Assembly (NCBI GenBank): GCA_964016885.1
Contig: OZ024743.1
Span: 88,040,001-88,104,000, forward strand
Length of the DNA stretch: 64,000 nt
Direction: 5' to 3'
DNA from: Eledone cirrhosa
Taxonomy: Eukaryota
The notes below the pieces were generated by a model. That model did no database searches. It worked only from the letters and a program-made list of their open reading frames with translations, and was not told where the DNA came from. Below, in pieces: positions 30,020 to 44,252 of the stretch (position 1 is its first letter; each line of letters opens with the position of its first letter). The position numbers and the translations under genes were made by a program.

Positions 30020-30753
30020 CAACAACTACAACAACAGACGGTTACATTGCTCTGTAATAACGATAACATCAACAACACAGTTACAATACTCTGTAATAAC
30101 AACAACTACAACAACAGACGGTTACATTGCTCTGTAATAACGATAACATCAACAACACAGTTACAATACTCTGTAATAACAACAACTACAACAACAGACG
30201 GTTACATTGCTCTGTAATAACGATAACATCAACAACACAGTTACAATACTCTGTAATAACAACAACTACAACAACAGACGGTTACATTGCTCTGTAATAA
30301 CGATAACATCAACAACACAGTTACAATACTCTGTAATAACAACAACTACAACAACAGACGGTTACATTGCTCTGTAATAACGATAACATCAACAACACAG
30401 TTACAATACTCTGTAATAACAACAACTACAACAACAGACGGTTACATTGCTCTGTAATAACGATAACATCAACAACACAGTTACAATACTCTGTAATAAC
30501 AACAACTACAACAACAGACGGTTACATTGCTCTGTAATAACGATAACATCAACAACACAGTTACAATACTCTGTAATAACAACAACTACAACAACAGACG
30601 GTTACATTGCTCTGTAATAACGATAACATCAACAACACAGTTACAATACTCTGTAATAACAACAACTACAACAACAGACGGTTACATTGCTCTGTAATAA
30701 CGATAACATCAACAACACAGTTACAATACTCTGTAATAACAACAACTACAACA
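30020..30753. repeat. Perfect 80-bp tandem repeat, 9 copies
   Basis: gttacattgc recurs at 30041, 30121 ... 30681; the unit is a dimer of ~40-bp subunits. Confidence 0.95.
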
Positions 30754-30827
30754 ATGACAATGACAATAACAGCAACAACAACAACAACAACATCAGTAAC
30801 TATAACAACGGCAACAGTAACGACATT

Positions 30828-33285
30828 AATCCCGCCGAGGTTAACTTTGCCTTTCATCCTTACGGGGTCGATAAAATAAAGTACCAGTAATGTACTGAGG
30901 TAATTGCTGGCCTTGTGCCAATAGTAGAAACAATTATTAAAACTAGCAGAAAAGCACCCCACGGTAGTGTGTATATTGATATTATACACAAATATATATA
31001 CATATAGATACGATACATCAAATAAAATCGTAATTGACAAGATACACAGAAATTGAACGAAGACTATGTTACAGTCTTCTGTAATCAGTAATCCATGATA
31101 TATTTAAATAAAAGACGATATTATATATAAACTGCATTAGGAGAAAATTAGTGACGGAAATATATGCGATATTTTTATAAGTGTTATAATGGCCGCTAAC
31201 CGGAAGTGTTGAATTTGAAAATTTTAAAGAAGGGAATTTTAAAGGTCTTTAAATAAGCTATAAAATATATTTAATCAACAGCCACGAAATTTAGCACATA
31301 AATTATGTAATATTCGCGGTGGATTGGCAGTATTGGTAGAGAGTCGGACGCCATGCTTTCCAGCATAGTTACGTCCCTTTACGGTCCGAGTTCAAATCCC
31401 GCCGAGTTTTGCTTTGCCTTTCATCCTTACGGGGTCGATAAAATAAAGTACCAGTAATGCACTGGGTAATTTCTGGCCTTGTACCTAAAGTAGAAACAAT
31501 TATTTATTCGAAGTAATCCAACTTATTTTACAAACGGGGTAAAAAAATATATTCTGGACGCAATCCCGCACTCCTTTCTTTATTATAGTTTAGATTGTTT
31601 CTACTTTTGGCACAAAGTCAGAAATTATCTCAGTGTATTACTGGTACTTTATTTTATCGACCCCGTAAGGATGTCAATGCGGCACCCCTACGACTCTCTC
31701 AGAAGTTACGGGGCCATGCTTGCATCAGAAATGGAAACTAGAAACGAAGAAATAAGAAATATTTCTTGGCATAAGGCCTGCAATTTGTAGAGAGGGAAGA
31801 AAGCCGATTATATAAACGCCCGTAACTCTATGCTGCAAAGCTGCAAAGCATGTTGTCTGACGCTCTACCGATACTGCCAATAACAAGAGAATGTCGGTGA
31901 ATGTTAGTGCCCCAGCATGGCCCCAGTCATTCGACTGGAACATGTAATAGAGTAACAGAGTATATATTTTCACTGTACTTCTTTTTCTCAAGTTTTATTT
32001 GTTATTTGAGATGTTTCTGTGTAATAATAAATCATGTCTTAATTACTGGGAACTTAATTATTCAGAGTTAAATTACTCCAGAGGGGTTCTTGTATAAACC
32101 TCGGTTGTTGGTGTTCTTGTTGTTTTTGATGTTGTTGTTAGTGGTGGTGGTGGTGGTGCAGCTGCTGCTATCGTTAGTGCTGGTGGTGGTAGTGATGTTG
32201 TTATTGGTGATGGCGGTGTTGTTGTTATTGATGTTGTTATTGGTGTTGTTATTGGTGTTGTTATTGGTGGTGGTGGTGGTGTTGTTATTGATGTTGTTAT
32301 TGGTGTTGTTATTGGTGGTGGCGGTCGTCGTCGTTGTTGTCATGGTAGTGGTGATGGTCATGGTGGTGATGTTATTGTTGCTACTGCTTTTGCTGATGAT
32401 GATGGTAGTGATGGTGTTGCTGTTGTTGTTGATGGTGGTGGCGGCTGCTGTTGTTGTTGTAGTGATGATGGTGATGGTGATGACGTTATTGTTGCTGATG
32501 ATGAGGGTGTTGTTGGTGGTGGTGGTGGTATTGCTGTTGCTGTTGTTATTGTTATTGCTATTGTTGTTGTAGCCATTGTTGATGTTGTTATTGTTGTTAT
32601 TGTTGTTATTAAAGATGGGTGTGTCTTAGACAGTACCGATATATCAAACTGTCATGGACATAATTAGAACTTGTTGTGGGGGAGGGGCTTATAACATTTG
32701 TTTACTTATTCATGCATTTAGCCACTTTAAGTAATTTCTATTTGACGCATAGAGTTACGGCCCTTGCCATTCTGAGTTCAAATCCCGCCGATAAATAAAG
32801 TACCGATCAAGTACCGGACCGACCGATATATTTGAGTTTCCCTTTCCCCCAAAACTGCTGACATTGTGTCAATACTAGAAACAATTGTAATTCATTGGTA
32901 AAAAGCTTTGTTGTATTTCTTCTGAATCTTTACGTTCTGAGTTCAAATCCCGCCAACATCAACTTGGCCTTTCATCCTTTCGAGGTCGACAAAAGAAAGT
33001 ACCAGTTAAATACTGAGGTTGATATAATCGAATTTCCCCTTCACCAAATCTCTGAGGAAACCCAGGAGTAGACTCCGAGCAAGATGGTTGGATAACATCT
33101 ATGAGCTTGGCAGGTCACGCTTGGAGATCCAGCCGGATCAGTTGGATTCGGTTGCTTCTGACAGAACCTGCTGGAAGGAGTGTTTGAGGACCCTGCCCCC
33201 TCCCTGACCCTCTCAGGAGTAAGTGGGAGAGAAGAAGAAGAAGAAGAAGACCAAATTGCTGGCTTTGTGCCAATCTCAGAAAAAA
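30828..33285. mobile_element. SINE cluster: 30828-30937 +, 31316-31502 +, 31594-31673 -, 31765-31879 -, 32745-32887 +, 32910-33285 +
   Basis: Repeated matches to the SINE consensus of this window. Confidence 0.8.
33050..33249 (+). mobile_element. 5'-truncated RTE-clade LINE 3' end
   Basis: Encodes RKPRSRLRARWLDNIYELGRSRLEIQPDQLDSVASDRTCWKECLRTLPPP*, like the Rex3/Expander C-terminus; (GAA)n tail; TSD accaaat at 33043 and 33250; inserted inside a SINE. Confidence 0.85.
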
Positions 33286-33555
33286 TTACTATCATTGTTA
33301 TTGTTGTAATTGTTACTATTATTGTTGTTTTGGTTATTAGCCATCGCCCCATCCCCGGCCCCATCCACCACCACTCCGTCCCCCACCACCTATTGTGTCC
33401 TTCCTTATCGTTATTATGTTCATCGTTATAACAAGAGTTTCCATTCTTGTAACTAGAATTAGGTACATCTTGGTACACAATCAAACAATTATTATTGGCT
33501 GTCTACTATACCTTGTATACATACACATGCATACACATAAATATATATATGTATA

Positions 33556-33647
<92 letters not shown>

Positions 33648-33773
33648 TATATATATATATATATAAAGAAATTTCACTATGGTTAAAAAAACAGTACGAG
33701 AACAATCCAATACAATAATGGTGTATTAATGTAACGTTTAATAGTGTTGGAAAGTGTCTTAATGAGATATGTC

Positions 33774-33845
<72 letters not shown>

Positions 33846-33859
33846 CTCTCTCTGTGTGA

Positions 33860-33891
<32 letters not shown>

Positions 33892-34327
33892 TCTGAATTC
33901 CATGAAATCGTTGTTGTTATTAGTACTATTATTATCATTATTATTGTTGTTGTTGCTGTTGTTGTTAGTATTAACTCCATTAGGGTCATTAAGTGTGAAA
34001 GTTAGCATGATCTTCGTCAATGTTCTCCCTAAATATAAGAACTCCTGCTGTTACAACAGCGACTAAACCGTGCTAGACAACTCCCTAATGTCAACCGGGT
34101 TTATTTAGTTAATATACATGGCAATGAGGAAATATAAAAAAGAATGGAAAAGAAGAAAATTAGTAAAAAAAAAAAGAATTAAGCAAGAAAAGAAAGGTCG
34201 AAGGGGAGAGAGGGACAAACTCTACACCCGAGTCTGAGCGGTGTTTCAGCTGCACCCTGCGGACACATCGCAGTCTGAGCAATGTTTCAGCTGAGCCCTG
34301 CGTTCAAATAGCAATGGTATTTTGAAA

Positions 34328-34366
<39 letters not shown>

Positions 34367-34498
34367 ATATGGCGTGCTGCGTGGTTGCAAATGGGTTACA
34401 TATGAATAAAATTAGTCCTTCATCAGTGATCTTCCAGCCTTCATTGGGAGAGGAGGGAGAGAAGGAGAGCTGGTGAGAGGAGGGAGAGAATGAAGGAC

Positions 34499-34588
<90 letters not shown>

Positions 34589-34623
34589 AGTATAAACAAA
34601 GTTTCATACACTTAATATATATG

Positions 34624-34691
34624 TGCTACCATTGGTTTCGGAGTCCAATCATGGCCACCACAGTATTTTAAACTGGCCCTTCATTCAGGCA
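34624..34691 (-). ncRNA. Hammerhead-like motif with 1-nt core insertion
   Basis: Minus strand: tgc-CTGAATGA-agggccagt..attggactcc-GAAA-ccaatgg-TA-gca. Confidence 0.55.
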
Positions 34692-34709
34692 TGTGGATAA
34701 ATATATATA

Positions 34710-35310
34710 TATACGATATTAAACAAATGGAAACTATATTTATAAAACCATATCTATTTCATTATACATATTTCAGGGATACCATATTAAAAATATGGCA
34801 TGCCTTCTTCAGATAAAATACAATATATAAGCAGTTTTATAAATAAATTTGACGTACCATAGAATTTTGAACAACTTCCATTTAAAAAAGTTGGTACCAA
34901 ACCAACTTTTTTAAATGGAAGTTGTTTTTAAAGTTGTACCAAATGGTATTTTAAAGTTGTACCAAATGGTATTTTAAAGTTGTACCAAATGGTATTTTAA
35001 AGTTGTACCAAATGGAAGTTGTTTTTAAAGTTGTACCAAACCAACTTTTTTAAATGGAAGTTGTTCAAAATTCTATGGTACGTCAAATTTATTTATAAAA
35101 CTGCTTATATATTGTATTTTATCTGAAGAAGGCATGCCATATTTTTAATATGGTATCCCTGAAATATGTATAATGAAATAGATATGGTTTTATAAATATA
35201 GTTTCCATTTGTTTAATATCGTATATCTACTCCAAAACTTGTTGAGTGCTTTATATCAGTTATGAAATATTTACTCGTTGTAACCCAACAATTTTAAATA
35301 AAACTTTTGC
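34710..35310. mobile_element. Family A fold-back element; HHRs at 34755-34820 (-) and 35115-35180 (+)
   Basis: ~185-bp inverted arms, CTGAAGA core, spacer containing a 23-bp tandem repeat. Confidence 0.88.
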
Positions 35311-35336
35311 ATATATATATATATATATATATATAT

Positions 35337-35410
<74 letters not shown>

Positions 35411-36298
35411 TATGAGTACAGGTCGGCGAAGTTAATAACACGTCGAACTGGTAGCATATCAATGGAAAATTATATCTCGTTTGTCTGAAAAGAACGTGTA
35501 AGGCTGTTATTATATACCTTACATCTTCGAAATACGTATAACGAATAAAATTACGATGTACGAATAAAACCGTTTCTCTTAGTCCAATACCATAACCTGG
35601 TAGTTAGGGTGTTGGACTCAGGATCGTAAAGTTACCGGTCCTGGACAAAGCATGGCATTGTGTTCTTGAGCAAGTCACTTCATTTCACGTTGCTCCAGTC
35701 CATAAAACCCTTGCAATCATTACCATCAACACTACTACCACCATCACCAGCACTACCACTACCAACACCCCTACAACCATCATCACCACCTCAACTACCC
35801 TACCTTAACGATCACCACCATCACCCCTACTCCAAACACCCCACCACCATTACCATCACCCCCATCCCCACCACCGCTACCATCAACACCACTATCACCC
35901 CCACTACCATCAACACCACCACTACCATCAACACCACCATCATCACCACCACCCCGTTACTGCACCCCCCCCCCATCCACCATCATCCCCTCCCCCACTG
36001 CACCCCACCACCACCATCAACACCCCCCACTACACCCCCTACCACCATCCTTCCTCATTGCTGGTAGTAGGAAGTGAGTTCGCTGGCTCCATTTACGTCA
36101 GAGGCCGAAAAGGTGTCAACCGGAGGTATTTACCAGACACAGCGAATGTCACAAATAAAGTATGTAATGTGTGTATGTATGTGTGCGAATATGTGTGTGT
36201 GTGCGCGCGTATATGTGTGTGAATGTGTGTGCGAATATGTGTGAATCCGTGTATGTGTGAGTGTATGTGTATGTGTGTGCCTGTCCATCTATATATGC

Positions 36299-36399
<101 letters not shown>

Positions 36400-36444
36400 G
36401 CCAATTCTCTTGATTTAGTTATCTTCTCTTTCCTCCTCCCCTTC

Positions 36445-36795
36445 GCCCTCTTCCTGTCCCCACCTTCTCCTCACACCACTTCAGAAAGTAAACAACGTCA
36501 AATGTGTTGTCTAGTTTACCTGGCCACCACAGACAGGTAGTATCAGTCTCACTCTTGACTTATATCTCTCTCTATCGTTCTGACATTTTGTTATATACTG
36601 ACTGGTAAAGACTAGACTTCGCTAACGAGGTGTAATAAGATCGAAGTATATCTCGAGTTGTCACCGTATTTACCAAACATTCTGACGCCCTACATGCTAC
36701 TACCTGTCTGCGGTGGCCAGGTAAACTAGACAACACATTTGACCTTGTTTACTTTCTGAAGTGGTGTGAGGAGAAGGTGGGGACAGGAAAAGGGC
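36445..36795. repeat. ~98-bp inverted repeat with ~155-bp spacer
   Basis: 36445-36542 versus 36698-36795, with few mismatches. Confidence 0.85.
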
Positions 36796-37106
36796 TATTC
36801 AATATTTTAGTAGATTTTGATTTCAAAGCTATTCATCATCAGAATTATTCATTAAATTATTCCTTAAAGCTAACGGCTGTTTCGCTTTCCTGCGGGTATA
36901 ATTTTAATAAATTAATTGTTTCGTATTTTAGTTCATTACACTTAATAATAATTTTTATGCAGAATGGGTCTTTGGATACTGGATTATACACCCCCTCTCG
37001 GTCCATTCATACTTCTACAAATATTTCATTGGCGCTTAACTAAAAGATATCGATAGAATAGATACAATCAGAATCTTATTGATCTTGAATTCTATTCTGT
37101 TTATAT

Positions 37107-37232
37107 CGTTCCGATGAAGTGCTTTCATGTTCAGCTATAATTAATTATGTAATTCCCTGTGTCTTATACATTTGCATAATACCTCAGCTGTGAACATGGT
37201 TGTTACAGAAACAGTTGTTACACAATGAACGG
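37107..37232 (+). ncRNA. Degenerate long-stem-II hammerhead, CCGAUGA core
   Basis: cgtt-CCGATGA-(90 nt with catgttca/tgaacatg and ttatgtaa/ttgcataa pairings)-GAAA-cagttg-T; the 3' strand of stem I is disrupted. Confidence 0.5.
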
Positions 37233-37311
37233 ATGTTACACTGAAGTCTTTATTCTTTACTTTATATATATATATATGTGTGTGTCTGTGTGTGTGTGTG
37301 TCTATATATGC

Positions 37312-37388
<77 letters not shown>

Positions 37389-38323
37389 TATAGACGAATA
37401 AAAAATACGTCTAGATATACAAGAGTGTATATAATAGTTTAACAAGACCAAGATGTCATAATTGTAAAATGGAAGTAAAGACCAATTATAGACTAATTTA
37501 ATTAACCAATTAAAGACCAAGGATAAGTCAACAGACCGCAGAAAATGACAGACGACTTCCGCCTTAGAGTTTTTTTACTAAGACTTCCGCTTTAGAAGAA
37601 TTACATGATTGGTGCCTGGTGGGACGGAGATCAGAGACGTACATTGTCGGAGAAGGAGTCTGAGGACTTAGGGGGTTACATGTTATGATTTGGGAAATTA
37701 TATAGGAAACGAGTTGACTATGTGTGGGGAGAGAAAGCCTGTGGGTGACTGCGTGTGTCTCTGTGTCTCTGTGTCTCTGTATATGTAGGACTTTCCGTTA
37801 ATGTAAATGTGTCAGTATGTATTCTGTATAAGTTCCAATGTTTTTTCTCATATGTATGTTTGTGATACGTGATACACGTACGAGTTTGTGTATGCATATA
37901 TGCGTGTGTGTGGGTGTGTGTACGCGTGTATGTGCTTGTGTGGGTGTGAGTGTATGTGTTTGTATCTGTGTGTGTGTGCGCGCGAGTATGTATTTGTGTG
38001 TGTGCGTCTATGTGAGTGTATGTGTGCGTCAGTGTGTGTGCGTGTGTGTGTATGTACGCGTGTATGTGCTTGTGTGTGTGTGTACGTGCGTGTGTGTGTG
38101 TTTGTGTCTGTGTTTGCGCGCGTATGTATTTGTGTGTGTGCATCTATGTGTGTCCCTGTGTGTGTGCATCCGTGTGTGTGTGTGTGCTACAAATCCATAT
38201 AAACTATACAAGAGCAACAACAGTTAGTAAGACCTCATAGATAGGTTACCTACCGCAGTGTGAAAGAGAACACTGAATGAGGTTCACCTTTATGTAGATA
38301 ATTGCTACGTACACGCATGCACA

Positions 38324-38360
<37 letters not shown>

Positions 38361-39640
38361 ACACCACTTACACACAGACTATGCTTTGCATAAATGACTC
38401 CAGCTATTAGCTATCAGAAACTGGAATAATATTTCTGAAACTGGAATTGTAATCATTTCTTATAAAAGAATTCAAATATATTAAGATCCTATATTTAAAC
38501 ACCCCTGCCTACATTTGATCACCCTCTGTCATTTGGGTTCTCACAGTTGTTTTGAACAATCTAGGATCCCTCTAAGTAGTACTGAACTAAGCCCAGTCAG
38601 TACGTTGAACTCTCTCAGCTCTATTGAACTAAACTTCATCTGAACTAAGAAGCTTAAACTGAAGTGATAAAAATGAAATATACAGCTCACACTTATGCAG
38701 GTTTAGCTGACTTCCTACGTGGTTGCATGTCATAGAAGGTTTCTCTGGTGTTTTAATGATAGGGGGCCCCAGTCTTTTCATAGCGTCTTTCTGAAGGACG
38801 CAATGCACTGTCAGATACAGGAATCGAACCTACAACCTTATGTCCGCGTGTTTAACAACTTAACAAGTAAGTTTTCACATATTAAAGCTTGAAGTCTCAA
38901 TAGATGAAAGAAATATGGAGTCAGATTTAAGCATAGTTTGAAACGAAAGTTCAAAGAGGCATTTTTATGTTATAATTAAGAACAAAAACAAGAGATAGAC
39001 TATTTGTTTCAATGTAATAATTACCAGTCTAAGAGAGAGAGAGAGGGGGTGGATGTGGGGGGCTAAAAGCAGCAAAAAATAAGAAAAGGGCAGACAACAA
39101 GGTCAACTATAAAACAGCTAAACATATCTGTTGTTAAATCATGTCGTAGCCTCCATATATTGGAAGATCTTCTTTATGACTGGTAGATCTTTGACATATA
39201 CTTCTAATACTGACAGGTTTATAAAGACCAGCTTTAAGATGTTCTTGGATAGTCTCATCAAGTACAAAAATATGTAACTATACGACCTGCTCTTGATAAA
39301 ATATGGCATATGGATATATGATTTCACACACATTGGGGTGTGGTGTCGTGTCGTTTGTTTGCTGTGGTGTGGAGTGGTGTGGTCTGGTGTGGTGTGGTCT
39401 AGTGTGCTCTGATCTGGTCTGGGCTGGTGTTGTGTGATGTGGTCTGGTGTAGTGTGGTGTGGTCTGGTGTGGTGTGGTCTAGTATGGTCTAGTGTGGTGT
39501 TGTCTGGTATGGTGTTGTGGGTGTTCTCCACCGATCACGTGACCAACTGTGTACGGACGCTGGTCAGTGAATGTTGTCAATTGTTCTATTCTTTTATCCA
39601 CCCACGCATATCTATAAATCCCTCCACACACGCACGCACG

Positions 39641-39689
<49 letters not shown>

Positions 39690-40190
39690 CTGCATCTACC
39701 ATGAAGCTATCATCTCCTACCGCCCCTCTCTGTCTTCTAGCACCTGAAACTTACTCATTGACTCAAGTGACGTCAAAATAAGGTCAAGATGGCGGAAATG
39801 AGGGAAAAGTGTTTCTTTCTATTTCATAAAAATTCGTTTCTTTACGTATGTAAGAATATATGTATGTATGTGTGTGTATGTGTGTGTGTAGATGAATGCA
39901 TCTTTATGTGTATGTGTGTGTATGTGTACGCATCATTGTGTGTGTATGTGTATGCATCTTTGTGTGTGTGTGTATGTGTAAATGTAGGAATGGCTGTACG
40001 GTTAAACGTGGTTCCAGGTTCACTCCTACTGCGTGGTACCTTGGGCAAATGTCTTCTACTATAGTTCCGAGATGATCAATGCCTTGATCGATCTGCAAAC
40101 TGATATGAAAATAACACTACCTTTATATATTATATAAACGCATTGAACTATTCTTTTTTAAAACCTGGCAATTACATACTATCATTATAT

Positions 40191-40367
40191 GGCAGTATCT
40201 GTAGACGGTCGGACGCCATGCTTTGCAGCACAGTTACGTCCCTTTATGGACTGAGTTCAAATCCCGCCGAGGTTAACTTTGCCTTTCATCCTTACGGGGT
40301 AGATAAAATAAAGTACCAGTAATGAACTGGGTAATTGCTGGCCTTGTGCCAAAAGTAGAAACAATTA
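40191..40367 (+). mobile_element. SINE (same family)
   Basis: Head, core and tail match. Confidence 0.85.
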
Positions 40368-40423
40368 TAATTCTCTACTTTCCTTTGAGAATTGTTTGTA
40401 TAGTTCTACCTTTGATATATATA

Positions 40424-40494
<71 letters not shown>

Positions 40495-40524
40495 ATATGA
40501 GTGTGTGAGAGAAAGAGAGAGAGT

Positions 40525-40935
40525 CCCTGGTTCAATCGGAAGTAAAGTAACCACAGTAAGTAAGTTACTCAATACATTAGTAGAGTATATACACAATTTA
40601 GTATAGAAATGGCTTCTATATTCATTTTATTAAGGCTAAATAGTGAGTCTTGTTACTCTGGAGTTTCGCCTGTTTATCACAGATTCATCATCTTGTCTGA
40701 ATAAAATGAATATTAAATCTCTATTTCGGTATTGAGAACTCTTTCCTCTCAGCCGTCAACTACATACGTATATATATATTAGAATTGGTGCTCTGAAATA
40801 GCGATATATATATGAATGTATATACAGTGTATTTTGCAATACACTGTATGCTTAACATTGAGCGTATGGTCTTCAAAATGCTTTTAATTAAGCATACAGT
40901 GTATTGCAAAATACACTATATATATATTCGTATAT
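40525..40935. repeat. Cluster of fold-back fragments: family B end, family C degenerate HHR (40650-40693, -), inverted repeat 40805-40935
   Basis: Minus strand: ATGATGA-atctgt-gataa-acaggc-GAAA-ctccagag-TA-acaag; related sequence at 50545-50635. Confidence 0.6.
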
Positions 40936-40976
40936 ATATATAGAGAGAGAGGGAGGGGGGCAAAAACACTAATGCA

Positions 40977-41025
<49 letters not shown>

Positions 41026-41200
41026 TCGCTCACACAATGTTCAAAAATTTAATCTCAAATGATACCTATCTTACAAACCAATATATGAATACCACATGGT
41101 GGATTTAGCTGACTACCTGTTGTTGTTGTTGTTACTGTTACTGTTGTTGTTTCTGTTGTTGTACTGTCATTGTTCTTCTTATTCTTGTCATTGTTGTTAC

Positions 41201-41237
<37 letters not shown>

Positions 41238-41748
41238 ACTGTTACTGTTATATTGTTTCATTTATCATTTAAATAACTGTTAAATTCTATAAATAATTAC
41301 CCCAATTTATGTTGCAGTTGTTGTAATTAATATCTGTTGATGGTGCTACTACATAAAGCACAGCATGGTAAACACACTGCATATAATAATATCTTGTGTA
41401 AAATGACTCTTATGTGTATCTGTCTGAATATCTACTTATAATAATTAACAGGGGTATGCATTTGCTGTCATTGTATGAAGATAGTGCGGAAGTAAGTGGC
41501 TGTCAAACAACAAAGATAAGAGTGAATAAATGATAGTAGGAGTAAAAATGAAATTGGGCGGAAGGGTAGGGTGTTGGACAGGGTGAGAAAATAGTGATGG
41601 AGATGTGGGTGGTAATTAAAATGACATTGGGTTGGGGTTGGAGTTGGAGTAAGAGATGTAATCCTTGTTGGATTCGGAGGTATCATTGACAGTAAATACA
41701 GCTGTAGAGTAATTTATGATTCAAACAGATAAATACACACACACGCAC

Positions 41749-41850
<102 letters not shown>

Positions 41851-42090
41851 CACATATAGTTATACTTTGGGAGGGTCATGTTACCAATAAAGGACACACG
41901 CACTTGCTGGATTTTACTTATTATAATTATTATAATTTCCCGGTCGGTTTGTTTAATAATCGGATGGTTGTTTAGTTGTTGGTTGTCTTCTAAGCTCTTT
42001 CGTCACACATTCTGTGACCTCCTCAGTGACTACTTTTGTATTTTTGTTTCTGTCCTTTGTTCTGTCCTACACGATCTTGTTTTTTGTGTC

Positions 42091-42170
<80 letters not shown>

Positions 42171-42178
42171 ATATATAT

Positions 42179-42244
<66 letters not shown>

Positions 42245-42305
42245 TCCCATGTATTGAGTACTCCTATGGTTAGTGGTCTCCCCGGTCTCAGCACCACAGT
42301 CTCTT

Positions 42306-42356
<51 letters not shown>

Positions 42357-42845
42357 CTTCAAGGCCTTTCTTGTCTTTCTTCTGAGTTATCAAGCTTATA
42401 GCTTGTGGGTAGCATTTTGATTTAAAGTTGTTTTGTTATTTTATCAAATTATCATTTCACTTGTCGGCCACGTGGGTGAGTGGTCTCTAAAGTAGAGAGA
42501 ACAATTGTCACACTGAAATAATTTGATTTTTTCACTAGATTGGACTATATTACTTATCTGGAGATGATCGTAGTTCGTGTAACTGGTTTCAGTTGAATGA
42601 AGCATGGTATTTATAACAAAGATGACGTGAAGGGCGAGGGTGGCCACTGCAAGAGAAACAAGTTATATGACTCAAAAACAGGGAGAGAAAAATCATTGAA
42701 GAGTTCAAATAGAAAATTAAAAATATAAATATATAGATCTTACTCTCGGGTCCCAAATAATGGGGGGGGGGATAAGCGGGGGGCGGGGTGGAAAATCTAA
42801 TGTATAGTGATATACATATGAATGTACGTATAGTATATTTAATAA

Positions 42846-43228
42846 TATACGGGATGTTTATGGAAAACATTTGGAAGGCCTTTCGCTATGAATAAGGTTG
42901 TGACGATCAACAAAAACAGGGGGAAGTAATCGACGATGCAATCGTTTCTCACTTATTAGTGTTTATCAAGATAACATATTTCCTTGCCTTTACTGAAGCT
43001 AAAGTAAGTTAGATTCTTATAGAAATTTGCTGTTTATGTTTATGAGCAGATGAAACTCATTTGCATACAGCGTGGTAGCCGGCCTGGCATAAATTAAAAT
43101 AGTCTTCATAACCACTAATAAGTGCCTATAACTTACGCCTGCTTTTGCTGAAGCTAGATATGTGGCGATCGTTACAACCTTATTCATAGCGAAAGGCCTT
43201 CCAAATGTTTTTCAAACATCCCATATAA
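42846..43228. repeat. ~62-bp inverted repeat overlapping a degenerate HHR (43143-43205)
   Basis: Arms 42846-42908 and 43167-43228; tttg-CTGAAG-cta..tagc-GAAA-ggcct-TC-caaa. Confidence 0.7.
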
Positions 43229-43229
43229 T

Positions 43230-43326
<97 letters not shown>

Positions 43327-43349
43327 CTGAGTGAATCGGTGCATAAACG

Positions 43350-43384
<35 letters not shown>

Positions 43385-43840
43385 TTGTATGTTTATATTT
43401 GTATATCCATATAGATATGTCTGCGTGCGTGTGGGTGTATGTGAAAGTGTGTGTGAGTTTGTATTCATACATAGATGTAACTCTGTGTATCGGTGTGTAT
43501 ATGTGTGCTTATGTGCCTCCATAGTTATGGCTGTGTGTGTGTGTGTGTGTGTTATGTAGTCAGTGGTTGATGATAAAATATCACCAACCACGACGACATC
43601 AACGACATCATCAACAACATCAACGACATCATCAACAACATCAACGACATCATCAACAACAACAACACACCTAGCTGTCTCCCACTTATGTCTTCAATAA
43701 CACCTATCAAGTTACTGCAATTATTAACAGCATGGGATGGGGGGTCCTTTACATTGGCAACGTCTCAACTTACACACGCATAATACATGCATACATACAT
43801 ATACATACATATATAGGTGCGTATATACACACATATACAT

Positions 43841-43941
<101 letters not shown>

Positions 43942-43975
43942 CATATATATATATATATACATGTATATATATATG

Positions 43976-44230
43976 TTGATTTAAAACTGCACTATCAACA
44001 AGTGTTTTTTTTAGCCTTCATATCATGTTCTCCTGTTTTATCTGATGAAAACACAAATATTATTGTTTGATGATGTTTGTTTTTGAAATGCGCATAATAA
44101 AATATATTGAACTCCTTTAACCATCTTTTGATCTTATATTATGCATACTCCAGTCCCACAAACTGTAGAGTGCTTCTTATCCGATATCTGCATTGCTTTA
44201 TTGTACTACAATAAAACTCACCTCCTACAT
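43976..44230 (+). mobile_element. (TA)n-flanked element with HHR at 44036-44102
   Basis: ttttat-CTGATGA-aaacacaaatattat..atgatgtttgttttt-GAAA-tgcgca-TA-ataaaa; palindromic stem III. Confidence 0.8.
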
Positions 44231-44252
44231 ATATATACATGTATATATATAT

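Noticed and set aside
30020-30753. CRISPR-like regular array
   Set aside because: Units are identical with no unique spacers, there are no cas genes, and the context is eukaryotic.
34710-35310. Fold-back elements as classical MITEs
   Set aside because: The inverted arm is not terminal on both sides (unique ~85-bp extension), arm length varies between copies, and ribozyme motifs are present.
37425-37680. Solo LTR (also 49560-49950)
   Set aside because: No TSD, primer-binding site or second copy found.
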